In this document: piece by piece, positions 23,659 through 36,028 of the stretch
How the letters are laid out: each line of letters opens with the position of its first letter
How positions within the stretch are numbered: the stretch's first letter is position 1
Source of the DNA: Marsupella aquatica
Taxonomy: Eukaryota > Plantae > Marchantiophyta
Assembly (NCBI GenBank): GCA_973895155.1
Contig: OZ316896.1
Location: 9,373,525 to 9,437,524 of the forward strand
Direction of reading: 5' to 3'
DNA: 64,000 bases
Position numbers and translations under genes: made by a program
Notes under the pieces: generated by a model
Told to the model about the DNA's origin: nothing
What the model saw: the letters and a program-made list of their open reading frames with translations, nothing else
Databases searched by the model: none

Positions 23659-25739
23659 ACAAAGGATTCCCGCTTGTCAGCTCTGAAACGCCTTTCCATG
23701 TGTTCAAGCTGGCCATGGGAGTCACTATTTTTTCGTGACAATACAACATTAGGAGATGCCCTCAAGATGTCAGTGACTGTCTCAAGCATTTCAAAAGTGC
23801 TTGAGGAGCTGAAAATTATGTTTGGACCATATCTTTCAGTGAGATGAACTTTTATTACAGGAGCACAAGTAATAGAAGTTCATCCAGGCAACTACGGTAG
23901 GTCTGGTACAGGCTCTTAAATTCTTCTAACATCACATTGCAACGATGTATACAAAATTTGATGGATCAGACCCGTAAAGTGGCTCTTGAGTTCTTCCAAA
24001 CTGATGGCCGTCACAAACTGATTCATACCACATTGTGGTTGTTTCAAATTGTTATGCATATTCTTCAGTGCCTCGATTCGAGGTCTGGTTTACGTAGTTG
24101 AGAAAAGTAATGTTGTCCTGGTGTTTATTTTCATCCATTACCTCGGCAGCCAAAGACCGTCCACAATTGCTGTGGGGCGGTATGTGGGAAGCTTGGTGTT
24201 GCTCCAAGTCGACTTTGATGTGGCCAGCTTAACTTCAATGATATCTCCGCTATACAAAATTGAAGCTGATTCTTCATGACCACTGTTCCAGCTCTTCTGC
24301 ACCTTGCTTGTCCAAGTAACTGAATAATCGAGAAAGTCACTGAACAATCGAGAAAGAACTCTAATTTTCCTATCGTTTCGCAAATTTTCATATCCTCGTT
24401 TTTCTAGCAAGAGGAGGTTGAACAAATCACCCTCTCGAAACCGAGGGACTCGATTCCCTCGGTCATCCATGATCGGATCCTTGTCACCTAGAGAATCTAA
24501 TCGTTGCTGCATTACCTCCAGCATACGAAGAAGATGAGAAGCATGACTTCTAGCTCCGAATCCTTCGTGGGTCTTGGATTGAGCTCCCTCCCACCGGCTG
24601 TAACAATGGAACGACAAGGGCACCAAGTGCAATCCTCAATCGCATCCCTGGCAATCCATATCAGGTACAGCGAGAAATCCTGCTCCATGTCTCATATCAT
24701 CCGTGCCACAAATCGGCAATAATTGCACCAGCTATGGAGCCGTCGCTCCTCCTTAGTAGCTACGGAACGGCAGGGGGGAGCTGGGCGTCCTTCCCAGCTC
24801 CTTGGAAGGACTCTCGGAATTGCGGACCGACTAAGAAATTGTTGTTCTGCATGCTGCTGCCCCAGAGGGTCCACGGCTGGGTTTGCAGGAGCGGGAAGAA
24901 AGCGTTGATAAAGCCTATCAGCACATCGTGGTAGCTCTGGTCTTCAAAGCATCCATCCCATCTCTTCGGCGCCAGGTGTGTCGCCACGAATGCCCGTAGA
25001 TTGATCTCTTTGGCAGACTCGACAGCAACCCTACTTTGAATGAGAGAGAATTTGCGGTGCCAATACGCTTGAGGGGAGCTCCCACCGTCTTTCCCCGTTG
25101 GAAGAGATTTCTGACCTGAGTTTCCAAGCTCCAATCACGATCCGACGACATACTCGAAGCCAGGGTAGAAGAAAGTAAAGCAGATTGTCGGCCAGAACGA
25201 GGCAGCAAGATTATTCAAATCATTCTAATCGCTGACCTCTGGTTCTTTAGCTCCTCTCCGTTTCGAGCGCCCCCGTTGTATCTGTTTTCAAAGAATAATT
25301 CAGTTAAATCTTTCAATCGAAAACATTCTCTCACAATTGGCTTCACCAATACCATACTCCAGACTGGGAATCCGCGCTTTAAAATGAAGTGATGTACTGG
25401 TGGGGAGAAGTGCGTCACCATTACTCCTCCCCTTCGCTTGCGGCGCAAGGCAGAGAGTTTTGGGAAGTCAGCTTTGCAGACTCACTAGGACGCTGGAGAC
25501 AGTGCAGTAGTGGACGCGCCTGGAACTAGTCAACAATGAACGGAGCATTTTAGAGGTGCCACTTACTAGCTACGGTCCGCTGTGCATGCCTCTCGAAGTT
25601 AGTCATAAATGACCGAATTGGTCATTGTCCATTGTGATCACTCCCCTGTCCTCTCTCTGTTTAATTTCTTTAATCCTCTTTCCTGGGGATCGGTCGACTT
25701 GAAAGGTCAATCCTTTCAAGCATTCCTTCCGTACTTACT

Positions 25740-26520
25740 TCATTCAAAGTCGCTCGATGTGGGCTGGTACCCTCGTTCTTCAAAATCTTGAAGTACTTCT
25801 CTTTGCATCCGAAGCCACAGTTTCTGGGACTCTCTCTCGAACTTTTCCCTCTGCAAATCCGATAACAGGCCATCTCCTGCTACTTTCAAGGCACTCTGGC
25901 TTCCTATCGTCGTCCCATAAGTGCCCCCCTGCTCGACAAATTCCTTCACCGCCTCTTCGTCTCCCGGGTATGGGTACTCTCGACGTTGGTAAAGGCTCGC
26001 CATCTCCCTTTCTTCCTGTTCAAAAAGGCACCTCTGTGCTGAAAATATTGCAAAAACTCATGTCCTAGCTACTGTAGCACGCTACATCAGTGCACTCGCG
26101 ACTTCCATGCTTTCGAGTCTAGGAAATCTTAACCAGGCGAGGCCACAAAATACAAGCAAACAAGAGAACTTGACCGAGAAAGAAATTGCGAGAACAAAAA
26201 CAGAGAGAGAGGACTAGTGCATAAGCAACCTTTACAAACTTTACTACCGACGGAAACTAAAGAGTGAAAAATCTTCACGAAAGTGATAGGTGGAGTAGTT
26301 TCGCACTCCAAAGTAACGTATGTCCGGGACAAAATTAAAATCACAATGCAACCGACCGACCTACCTTGGTGCGAGGCTTCAGAGTCCACCAGCCTAGAGG
26401 CGAAGTTTCATCCCACAACCAAGCAGCACCAATGATCGCGTACGTCGTCAGCGACGCCTTCCCCATCTGGAAGTACAGCTCATTCTTTCTAGTTCGCCTC
26501 CAATTCTTCAATATCTTCAT
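25740..26520 (-). CDS. Small plant single-TM protein of unknown function, 2 exons (26520-26365, 26015-25740), 143 aa
   Basis: Exon 1 (MKILKNWRR...TYAIIGAAWLWDETSPLGWWTLKPRTK) ends at AAG|GTAGGT and joins in frame at CAG|GAA to EEREMASLYQRREYPYPGDEEAVKEFV...KFERESQKLWLRMQREV. Resembles, from memory, a conserved uncharacterised plant family. Confidence 0.82.
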
Positions 26521-28254
26521 CAGTTCCCCCTCCTAACTTCTCCACCAATGCAGGGATCCTTGACACTCCACTCTAGACGCCTCTTTCCCGGCTGGCTAGC
26601 GATCTCGAGATAGTTTACCGAGATGCCTTCACCATCAGCACCCCGCTCCTCAGATCCGCAATTTCGAAATGATGAGCAACGCCACGATAAAATCCCCTTA
26701 CCCTAGAAATTCCTCGACATTACATCTTGTCCAAAACATATCTAATAAACTCAAATCTCGTTCTCGACCTCAGTTCTCCCTGTCCGAGCAATCTGGCGGT
26801 GGAAGAGGTCGGTGAGAGTGGGCTGAAATAGTCCTCTGAGAATTGAATGAATTCAGCTTCCAAGCAAACGATTCATGTGAGGACTAAGGGTGGAAGCCTC
26901 GCCACTCTGTTGTAGAACTTGGGGCAAAGTTAATACCACCAACGACTCACTGTTCACGAGAGATTTGGTGTCTTCGCCATGGATTCATTCCTAAAAGTGA
27001 AGCGGCATGTAATTACATTGCGAGGATCATGAAGGATACTTGAGCAAAGACTGTATGTTTACAGAATCTCCATCCACTCCAGGCTTGGCCAGCGCAAAGA
27101 GCCCCCTTGATGCACTTGTCCGATTTCTCGTTGAAGGCTTTGTACATGGCAGGTGCGTGATCCATGGCCGGTTGATTTGTACAGTAGACGATTGATTTCA
27201 TTCACAATCTCAGGTGTCTCGGTATCCAGCTTCATGGCAACTAGCCTAATTAGGGCATCTCAAAGCTTCTAAATTAGGATGATGACATTAGGTAGAGCAC
27301 TGGCCATATAAAAGGAGAAGTGTCACCACCAATCTACAACTATAATAAGGGACCTTGCCTTTTTGGGGGATCTTGCCTATTTATTGTCCTTCATCCCGAT
27401 AAAAAAAAGTTCTTGGGAGGAAAGATCCACAACTGTTGGATTTGATTAGTTGTTTTCACTGACCATTGATGGAGGAAATGTGCACCCTGGCACATATGTG
27501 CTGCCCCATAAATACCCCGGCCCGACTCCATATGGGCTGGCCCTCCTTGCATCATGCAACGCTCAGGCATATGGCTCGTGGCCATATAAAAAGAGAAGTG
27601 TCCAAGACTTCTCCATTTCCCTTTTTCACATTACTCTCCCCTATGGCGAGACTTTGCTCCACAATTTCAAAGTGAGTGTAGTGCATGTCCACTACATCCA
27701 TTTTGTTGAGCATAGACGACATTCGTAACGGCAAGCCCATGAACCATCCAACGCACAAGAGTCGACACAGAGAGATACGTGGTTCACCTCCACATGAGGC
27801 TACGTCCACGGGAACATACAAGAGCTTTACTGCACTCTAGGCCGACCGGCCATACCAAGCATCCACAGCACAAGCTCTTCCTATCTCTCAACTAGCTCCA
27901 TAACAATGAGCCTTTGTTTCACCAGGGTCTGGCATCAGCCCTGGCTATATACACAACAGCACTACCGCTAACATTAGCTAAGTCTTAACCCGAGTTAGAC
28001 TAACTGTGGTTAGCTCATGAGTCACAAGACTAGAGCAATATCTAACAAACTCCCCCTTGACTCTTGTCTTGGGGACTGGACTAAATGCTACCATATGGAA
28101 TCCTCAGCGGGAAGTTTTAGACAATCACCAAACCAGGTCTCCCCCTAAAAACCACAAGGGTTAACTAAGGGTTAACTAGAACTAAGCCGTAGCCTAACAG
28201 GAATGAGTAATCCATATACAAATAGTCACACATTGCTAAATAACTCTACTTGCA

Positions 28255-31200
28255 CTACAACTGCAAAACCTGCAAAGTAGCACGGTGTCTTGAGAAACTC
28301 TCCAAAGAAATCATTTTGGTAAAGGCATCAGCGGGATTGAGCTTTCCATCAATCTTGACTAGCTCAAAAGTTTTATCAGACACTACTTGCCTGATAAAAT
28401 GGTACCTGATATCAATGTGCTTCACCCTGCTATCCATCACCTGGTTAGCAGCCAAGTGAAGAGCACTCTAACTATCACAGTTTAGAGTCATTTTTCCATG
28501 CTCTAAACCCATCTTCGCGATCAACTTATCCAACCAAATTGCTTCCTTTGCTGCTTCTGTTGCTGCAACATACTCTGCTTCTGTAGTAGACTGAGATATG
28601 CACTTCTGCAAGGTAGATTTCCAACTGATACATCCTCCTCCAAGAGTGTATATAAACCAGGTTGTAGATCTCCTTGTATGCAGACAGTCTCCATAGTCAG
28701 AATCTACATAGCCAACTAATGTTCTATCTGATCTGTTATCAAATAGTAATCCATAGTCCTGTGTACCCTTGAGATACCTGAGAATCCACTTCACAGCTTC
28801 CCAATGTATCTTCCCTGGATTTGACATGAATCTGCTAACCTTGCCCATCGCTAGGGCCAAGTCAGGCCTAGTACAAGTCATCAAATACATCAGACTGCCT
28901 ATTGCCTTCTCATAAGGAATCTTAGCCATCAGACCTTTCTCCACAGCATCCGTAGGAGAGAAAGCCGATGATAACTTGAAATGTGAAGCTAAAGGAATAC
29001 TCACTGGCTTACAGTTTTCCATGTTGAATCGTGCAAGTACTTTCCTCGCATACTGGCCTTGACTCAAGCACAACTGTCCAGTCTCAGAGTTCCTAAAAAT
29101 CTCCATCCCTAAGATCCTCTTGGCCTTACCAAGATCCTTCATCATGAATTCAGCACTCAATTTTGCCTTGAGACTGTCAACCTCAGATTGATCTTTAGCC
29201 ACAATCAGCATGTCATCCACATAGATCACCAGAATGATGAAACCGAATACATCATTCTTGACTGATTTTGTATACACACAAGGATCATACACCATCCTTG
29301 TAAAACCTTGAGCAAGTATGAAATCATCAAACCGCTTGTTCCATTGTCTGGGAGATTGCTTCAATCCATACAAGGACTTGAGCAATTTGCAAACTAAGTT
29401 CTCTTGGCCTTTCTTCATAAAGCCTAGTGGCTGTCTCATGAAGATCAACTCTTCCAAGTTGCCATAGAGAAAGGCAGTAACAACATCCATCTGATCCATC
29501 ACCAGACCAAAAAATACAACAAGCTGACACAAGATCCGAATTGTGGAATACTTAGCCATCGGTGAAAAGACCTCATTGTAGTCCACTCTTTTCTCCTGAG
29601 TGAACCCCTTGGCAACAAGCCTTGCCTTGTAGATCTTATCTCCACCCTCTGAAGGACTGTCCTTCAACTTGTAAATCCACTTGCTGTCCACCACTTGTTG
29701 ACCTCTTGGAAGCTCCACCAACTCCCATGTCTTGTTGTCACTCAAAGATTGCAACTCCCTCTGCATTGCTGCATTCCACTCATGCTTCTGCTCTGAAGCA
29801 CAAGCCTCACTATACGAAGAAGGCTCTCCTTCTTCCAAGATCAAAGCCATGTCATCTTCATCAGGTGCAATGTCAATATCATCTAGCTTAGATGAGTCTG
29901 CCCATTGACCATACCTGGTAGGAGCTCTAGTAGAACGACTGGAAGTTCTTCTAGTAGATGACTCAGGCTGATCTGCTGCTGCTGCTGGTTGAATTTGAGG
30001 TACCCCAGCAACAATCTGCTCCTCTTGTTCCATAACAGGAACCAGCTCCAAGCCCGGAGCTTCTCCATCTCTCCTGTCATGAACTGCATCATGACTAATC
30101 TCCCCCTCAACCCCGTCCGGGATGGGAGATTTCTCCTTGTTAGTATGGAAGTCCTGAGAACTCTCCCCCTCCTTTGATGATCTGGATTCATTAAAGGACA
30201 CATCTCTACTGACAATTAGTTTACAGGTTACTAGATCCCATAACCTATAACCCTTCACACCTTTCTGATAGCCAAGGAAAATGCACTTTTTCGACTTGGA
30301 TCGAAGCTGGGAAGGTGTAAGCACATAAGCATCACATCCAAAAATCCTCAGATGTGAGTAATATGTTGGACGCCCGTACCTCATTTCAAATGGCGTCTTG
30401 AATCCAATAGAACTGGATGAAGAAAAATTTACCAAATAAGCTGCAGTGTTGACAGCTTCACCCCAAAACTCATGTGGTAAGCATGATTGACTCAACATAC
30501 TCCTCGAACGGTCCAATAGTGTTCGGTTGAGTCTCTCAGAAACACCATTCTGTTGAGGAGTATAACTTGTTGTGAGATGGCGGATGATCCCCTGCTCCTT
30601 ACAATACGTTCCAAATTCACCGGAACTGTATTCACCGCCGTTATCCGATCGAAGATATCTCACCTTATTACCAGTCTGATTCTCAACTTGGGCTTTCCAC
30701 TCCTTAAAAGTGGCAAAAACATCAGACTTATTGTGTAGAAAGTATATCCACACATATCTTGAGTAATCGTCTATGAACGTGACATAATATAACCATCCAG
30801 AATGTGAGGGAGTAGGGGCTGGACCCCACACATCACTATGTACATACTCAAGTACCTCCTTGCTGGTGTGAGTTCCAACTCCGAAGGGTTTCCTGTGCTG
30901 CTTCCCTAGCACACAGTGCTCACAAAATTTCAACTTACAAGATTGCAATTTAGAAAGTAATCCTTTCTTCTGAAGAATAACCAAACCTTTTTCACTCATG
31001 TGGCCCAAACGGAAGTGCCACAGCCGGGCCGTCTCCTCATGAGATAAGGTTACATTGGCTTCATCACAAACTACACTGCCCTCCAAAACGTATAGATTGC
31101 TATGTCTCTTTCCCTTCAATACAACTTTAGTACCAGTTGAAACCTGAAGGACACCATTAGCAGAGCTCCACTGATGGTCATTTGCTTCTAAAACTCCAAG

Positions 31201-31461
31201 TGAAATGCGATTTTTCATCATGCTGGGAATATGTCTCACATTCCTCAACTTTCTCACAGCACCATCAAACATCTGAAATCTTACAAATCCAAGTCCAACA
31301 ACTTGACATGGGATTCCATTTCCCATCAACACTGACCCGTTGGAAACCGTGTAAGAACTGAAACAATCTCTCCTAGAGCAAATGTGAAAAGTACATGCAC
31401 TATCTAGAATCCAGTCATCACTACTTGGATTTGACACTACGTTGAGAGCATAACCTTGACA
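28255..31461 (-). pseudogene. pol: Copia Pol (protease, integrase, RT, RNase H) with a premature TAG in RNase H
   Basis: WILDSACTFH; LWHFRLGH..CEHC; HSDVWGP, LRSDNGGEY, PQQNGVSER; YVDDMLI; STTEAEY. CDS*SALHLAANQV..VKHIDIRYHFIR continues in frame after TAG 28468-28470. Confidence 0.93.
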
Positions 31462-32517
31462 TCACAATATGTCATCATCATCGAATAAATCTACCTCATG
31501 CGAGCTCGATGTTGCGTTAGCAGAGGCAGTAGGGACCTTTACTCGACAATCCCTTTTCATGTGGCCTGGCTTGCCACAATTCCAACATGCAAGAGGCTTC
31601 CTCTCTTGCGATTTTCCTCTGGATTTAGATCTTCCCCAAGATGTAGATCTAAACCTGTTCTGCCCATTCGTGCGCTGCGCTGCTCTTCCCCTGTTCACAT
31701 TCAGCGCAGTGCCAGAAGAAGATGCTATCTGTGATTGACCCAGCTTCTTCTGAGCATCATCAGACAATAAAGAGTTTACCACCTCATTATACGAAATGGA
31801 CTTCAGATCTCTGTACAAGAGCACCTGTTTCAAGCCCTGATATGACGGCGGTAAGGAGCTTAGCAAAAGCAAGGCCTTATCCTCATCTTCAACTCCTTTT
31901 CCCAGGTTTGACAGATCAACCGCTAGACTGTCAAATTCATCCAGGTGATCCTGCATCTTGCTCCATTCCTTGAGCCTGAGGCTCATCAAGAGAGATTTCT
32001 TGTATAGCCGGTCTGACGCATCTTCCCGGTAGTACTTCTCTCTTAGAGCCTTGAACAGTGACGCACAATCCGCATAATCATCCAGCTGCTTGATGATGTG
32101 CGGCTTGAGATATAGCATCATTGCATTGACAGCAATCACCTGCTCCTGTCTCCACTGTCTCACAGAAATCTCCTCCTCTCCATCATACTGTTCTCGCGAA
32201 GAGAGCAAATGAGCTAAGCCCATGGCCCGAAGGACACCCTTGACTTGCTTCTCCCACAGCAAGTAATCAGTATGACCATCGTACTTCTCCACCTCAAACT
32301 TCACTCCTTCGAATCTTGCCATCTCCCTCTTCTTTCCCACTATCGATAGCTCTGGTAGTAACACAGCTTCCTCCACTACACGCTGCACCGGTGATCGTAC
32401 CGGTGTCACTAGTTCTTCCTCAAACGGTAGCAACTCCTCCTCAGACTCACCGTCTGACCGTCGTGATCCTGAAGCTCCACCGACGCCAATTCTTCCAGTA
32501 TCCTCCGAGTCACTCAT
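31462..32517 (-). CDS. gag: Copia Gag (UBN2-like core plus CCHC zinc knuckle)
   Basis: KFEVEKYDGHTDYLLW, EDKALLLLSSLPPSY, CWNCGKPGHMKRDC; ends at TGA 31462-31464. Confidence 0.93.
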   Translation of the reverse strand: MSDSEDTGRIGVGGASGSRRSDGESEEELLPFEEELVTPVRSPVQRVVEEAVLLPELSIVGKKREMARFEGVKFEVEKYDGHTDYLLWEKQVKGVLRAMGLAHLLSSREQYDGEEEISVRQWRQEQVIAVNAMMLYLKPHIIKQLDDYADCASLFKALREKYYREDASDRLYKKSLLMSLRLKEWSKMQDHLDEFDSLAVDLSNLGKGVEDEDKALLLLSSLPPSYQGLKQVLLYRDLKSISYNEVVNSLLSDDAQKKLGQSQIASSSGTALNVNRGRAAQRTNGQNRFRSTSWGRSKSRGKSQERKPLACWNCGKPGHMKRDCRVKVPTASANATSSSHEVDLFDDDDIL

Positions 32518-35500
32518 ATGAAACAATCACGAAAAAACGTCTTTTTTCGAAACTTCTCATAAAAATCAAAACTCAACACCGCCGCGTAGCCCACGAAGCT
32601 AGGAGTCCAATACTGAAAGCCAAAATCAAAATCAAAATTCGACGGAAAAGTTATTCAAATTTCGGTCGGGGTGGGTAAAACCTTGGGAAACTCCCCCGTT
32701 TTGACCACCTTGGAGAATAACCGAAATACCCAGTACAACCCGTCATCAGAATCGCGATATGATCGGTGCGCCGCGTTGCTAACTCCAGTGGCAACGTCCT
32801 CACCGAAAAAGAACCAAAAAAGTTACCATTTGGCGAACGGAATCTTTGTCGGACAGCCGAAAAACAGCTCTCTGTTTTTCGGGAATATTCCCGCACAATA
32901 CAACAGGTCTCACAGGGGGCCGTTCCCCCTGTCCAAGCGATTAAAACGGAGGGCGGCAGGTCCCGGCACATGGGACAAACTAATGAGAGGGAAAAAAGAC
33001 TAAAAAAGGGCACTAAAGGGGGTGCTTAAGCCCCTTAAAGCCTAAAATACCCCGTAAAGGGCTGGGGGTACGAAGGGCGTATGGCCGGCGTCGGGGCGGG
33101 ACGAGGGTACAGCCGCGTACAAGCGGCGTAGAGCCGCAAAGGGCTGGGCATACGATGACAGGGTGGTGCCGCGGTAGCGATCGACATAGTATGGCGGAGG
33201 GCGTACGAGCGCGCAAAAAGCGCCGGCCGGTGTTGCGCAGCTCGTCGCCGCGGCTGAAGGATGAGGGGAAAACAAGGTGCGGGGGGGTTGGGCGTACAAG
33301 GGGAAACGATGGGGGACCAAGGGCCGGGAGGGTGTGTATACACACCAAAAGTGGCCCTAACCTAAGCCAAGATTTGACTTTAAAACAAAAAAGCCGTTTA
33401 CACACCTTGAACGCCGCTGCTTCTCACGAGTAAAGTGAACGCCGTCGACAGGAAATGTTGCCGAATTGCACCAGCACAGTCTGCAGCTCCAGCAGAGAAA
33501 AACATTTCCACTGCGTCACACTCACTCCGCGTCAGGTGCCAATCTCGGACTCAAAACGACCGCTTCGCCGCGATCAAACCGTTGAGCCGTAGCACTTCGC
33601 GTTTCTTCCACCGAGTCGGACGTCACGAAGAGAAACCCGGTTCAGATGAGAACAAGCTCCATAGCTTGTGAAAAAACCTGAACACCTCCGTCACTCGTCA
33701 CGTCGCACTCGGTAACAACTCGGCAACAATCCAGTTACCAAAACGACCAGCTTGCTTCAACCTTCAACTTGAGCTACAACATGCGATGCCTCCCGCACCG
33801 CACAGCTCACACTGTTGAAAACACAAACCCTAAACGACGCAGACTTTGATTCCTCCGCACCACGGATACCGATCAGCGAGTTCTAACCACCGTTAGAAAG
33901 CCCTCTCACTAACCTATCCGCTCAGCCACACACATTCAAGTTTCATGCGACGAAACTCCGAATGTGCCATCGACAATGAACGCTGGAAAAACACGTCACG
34001 AAAAAACCTCGTCACCTCCCAGGCATGCTCTGATACCACTTGTTGAGCATAGACGACATTCGTAACGGCAAGCCCATGAACCATCCAACGCACAAGAGTC
34101 GACACAGAGAGATACGTGGTTCACCTCCACATGAGGCTACGTCCACGGGAACATACAAGAGCTTTACTGCACTCTAGGCCGACCGGCCATACCAAGCATC
34201 CACAGCACAAGCTCTTCCTATCTCTCAACTAGCTCCATAACAATGAGCCTTTGTTCCACCAGGGTCTGGCATCAGCCCTGGCTATATACACAACAGCACT
34301 ACCGCTAACATTAGCTAAGTCCTAACCCGAGTTAGACTAACTGTGGTTAGCTCATGAGTCACAAGACTAGAGCAATATCTAACACATTTCAACATCAAGG
34401 CGGTATCTAGTTTCATGGCAACTAGCCTAATTAGGGTGTCTCAAAGCTTCTAAAATATGGATGATGACATTAGGTCCACCACTGGCCATATAAAAAGAGA
34501 AGTGTCCAAGATTTCTCCCTTTTTCACATTACTCTTCCCTATGGGTGAGACTTTGCTCCACAATTTCAGATTGAGTGCAGTGCATGCCCACTACATCTGT
34601 TTCAACATCAATCTATTTCAACATCAAGGCGGTATCCCAGCTTCATGGCAACTAACCTAATTAGGGCGTCTCAAAGCTTCTAAAATATGGGTGATGACAT
34701 TAGGTCCACCACTGGCCATACAAAAGGAGAACTGCTTTTAAGTACATTGCCACTAAAGATGTTTGAATTTACAACCCTACCACTGTTTTTTTTGGTATTT
34801 ACAAAAATGTCACGGTTTTTGTATATAGTTCCCTTGGTTACCTTGGTAAACTTGTTATCCATATACGAAACTGTGACATTTTATAAATACAGAAAAAACA
34901 TTGGCAGTATTGTGAATTAGAATATCTTTAGTGACAAAGTTATTAAAAGTTGAAAATGAGAAGTGTCCAAGACTTCTCCCTTTTTCACATTCCTCTCCCT
35001 ATGGTGAAAGTTTGCTCCACAATTTCAGAGTGAGTGTAGTGCATGCCGAGTGCATCCATTTCAACATCAAGGCGTACAAGAATAGCTTCCTGAGAGCATA
35101 GCAGACCTTCCTTCGCTTAAGGTTAATTGTGTTGGCTTTTTGGATGAATTTCAAATGGTTTTTTGGAGGCAAAAAAAGGTTGATTGTGTGGATGGAAAAA
35201 AATACACTTGATGGACCCCAATGAAAAGTGTTAGTGGATGGACCCCATGAGTGACCTATACCACTAATGGACCTTAAATAAACCTACCCAAAACATGACC
35301 CATGAGTGATCTAGACCACTAATGGACCTTAAATCAACATACCCAAAACCTCCAAGGGGCCTTGTGGGCCTTGTGGGGTCCATCAAGTAACACTTCTCAT
35401 GTTAGGTCTCACAATGTGCTGTGAGAATTCAGACAGGTCCTGTGCCACTGCATCCCCCTTGTGGACTTCTGCTAGCTGAAGGCTGCTTTACAAGATCTTG

Positions 35501-36028
35501 GGAGCAGTTTGAGTGTTTTCTCGCCAAAGCTAATCTTGGCCATTCAACATCTTAAAGATAGTGTACTGAGGAGGTTGAAGGAGAGTTTGGAATCAATTTG
35601 TTTGATGGGGCCTGGGGGTCCACTTTTAATGTAAAAGATTAAAAACAAGAATGTACCAGGTCGTAAGATGAAGAGAAATATTAGAGAGGTGGCCCAAATC
35701 TGGGACAAAATGACCTCCACATAAGCAAAATTTGGGGCAAGATGCACCAGTTTAGAACAAATTGCCCCAACCATTTTTTACAGTGAATAGGGGGAACCCA
35801 TGCCGCCCCAAAGTCTTTCCCAGATATGGGCCACACCTTGGTCGACAATTTACTAATATGAAAGACTGTAATTGTCCAGGACACCCGACTTGGGAAAATA
35901 ATTCCCTTAATACCGGTACAGGAAACTTTCAACCTCAGAAAGGTTTCCCATCCATGTTGAGTGACCTTCAAATTTTACGCGAAGACTGGTTGCCTTTACA
36001 AAGTGATAACGTTTTTTTCTGGCACGCC

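Larger units (their letters stand above)
27704..34384 (-). mobile_element. Full-length young Ty1/copia LTR retrotransposon (Tnt1/Tork-like), 6.7 kb
   Basis: LTRs 27704-28047 and 34041-34384 (344 bp, TG..CA, 2 mismatches); TSD CATTT at 27699-27703 and 34385-34389; PBS TGGTATCAGAGC (tRNA-iMet) at 34027-34038; PPT at 28050-28060; domain order gag-PR-IN-RT-RH. Confidence 0.98.
27221..35075. repeat. Local ~215-230-bp tandem repeat interrupted by the copia insertion
   Basis: Units at ~27221-27323 (partial), 27580-27703 joined to 34390-34483, 34484-34713, 34714-34730 (partial) and 34957-35074 (partial). They share ggccatataaaa.gagaagtgtccaag, tttgctccacaatttca and ttcatggcaacta.cctaattaggg..tctcaaagcttctaaa. 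Confidence 0.85.

Noticed and set aside
32316-33671. Extra or antisense (env-like) ORFs in the copia leader
   Set aside because: Short overlapping ORFs in several frames are expected from the high GC content; no recognisable domain or transmembrane segment.
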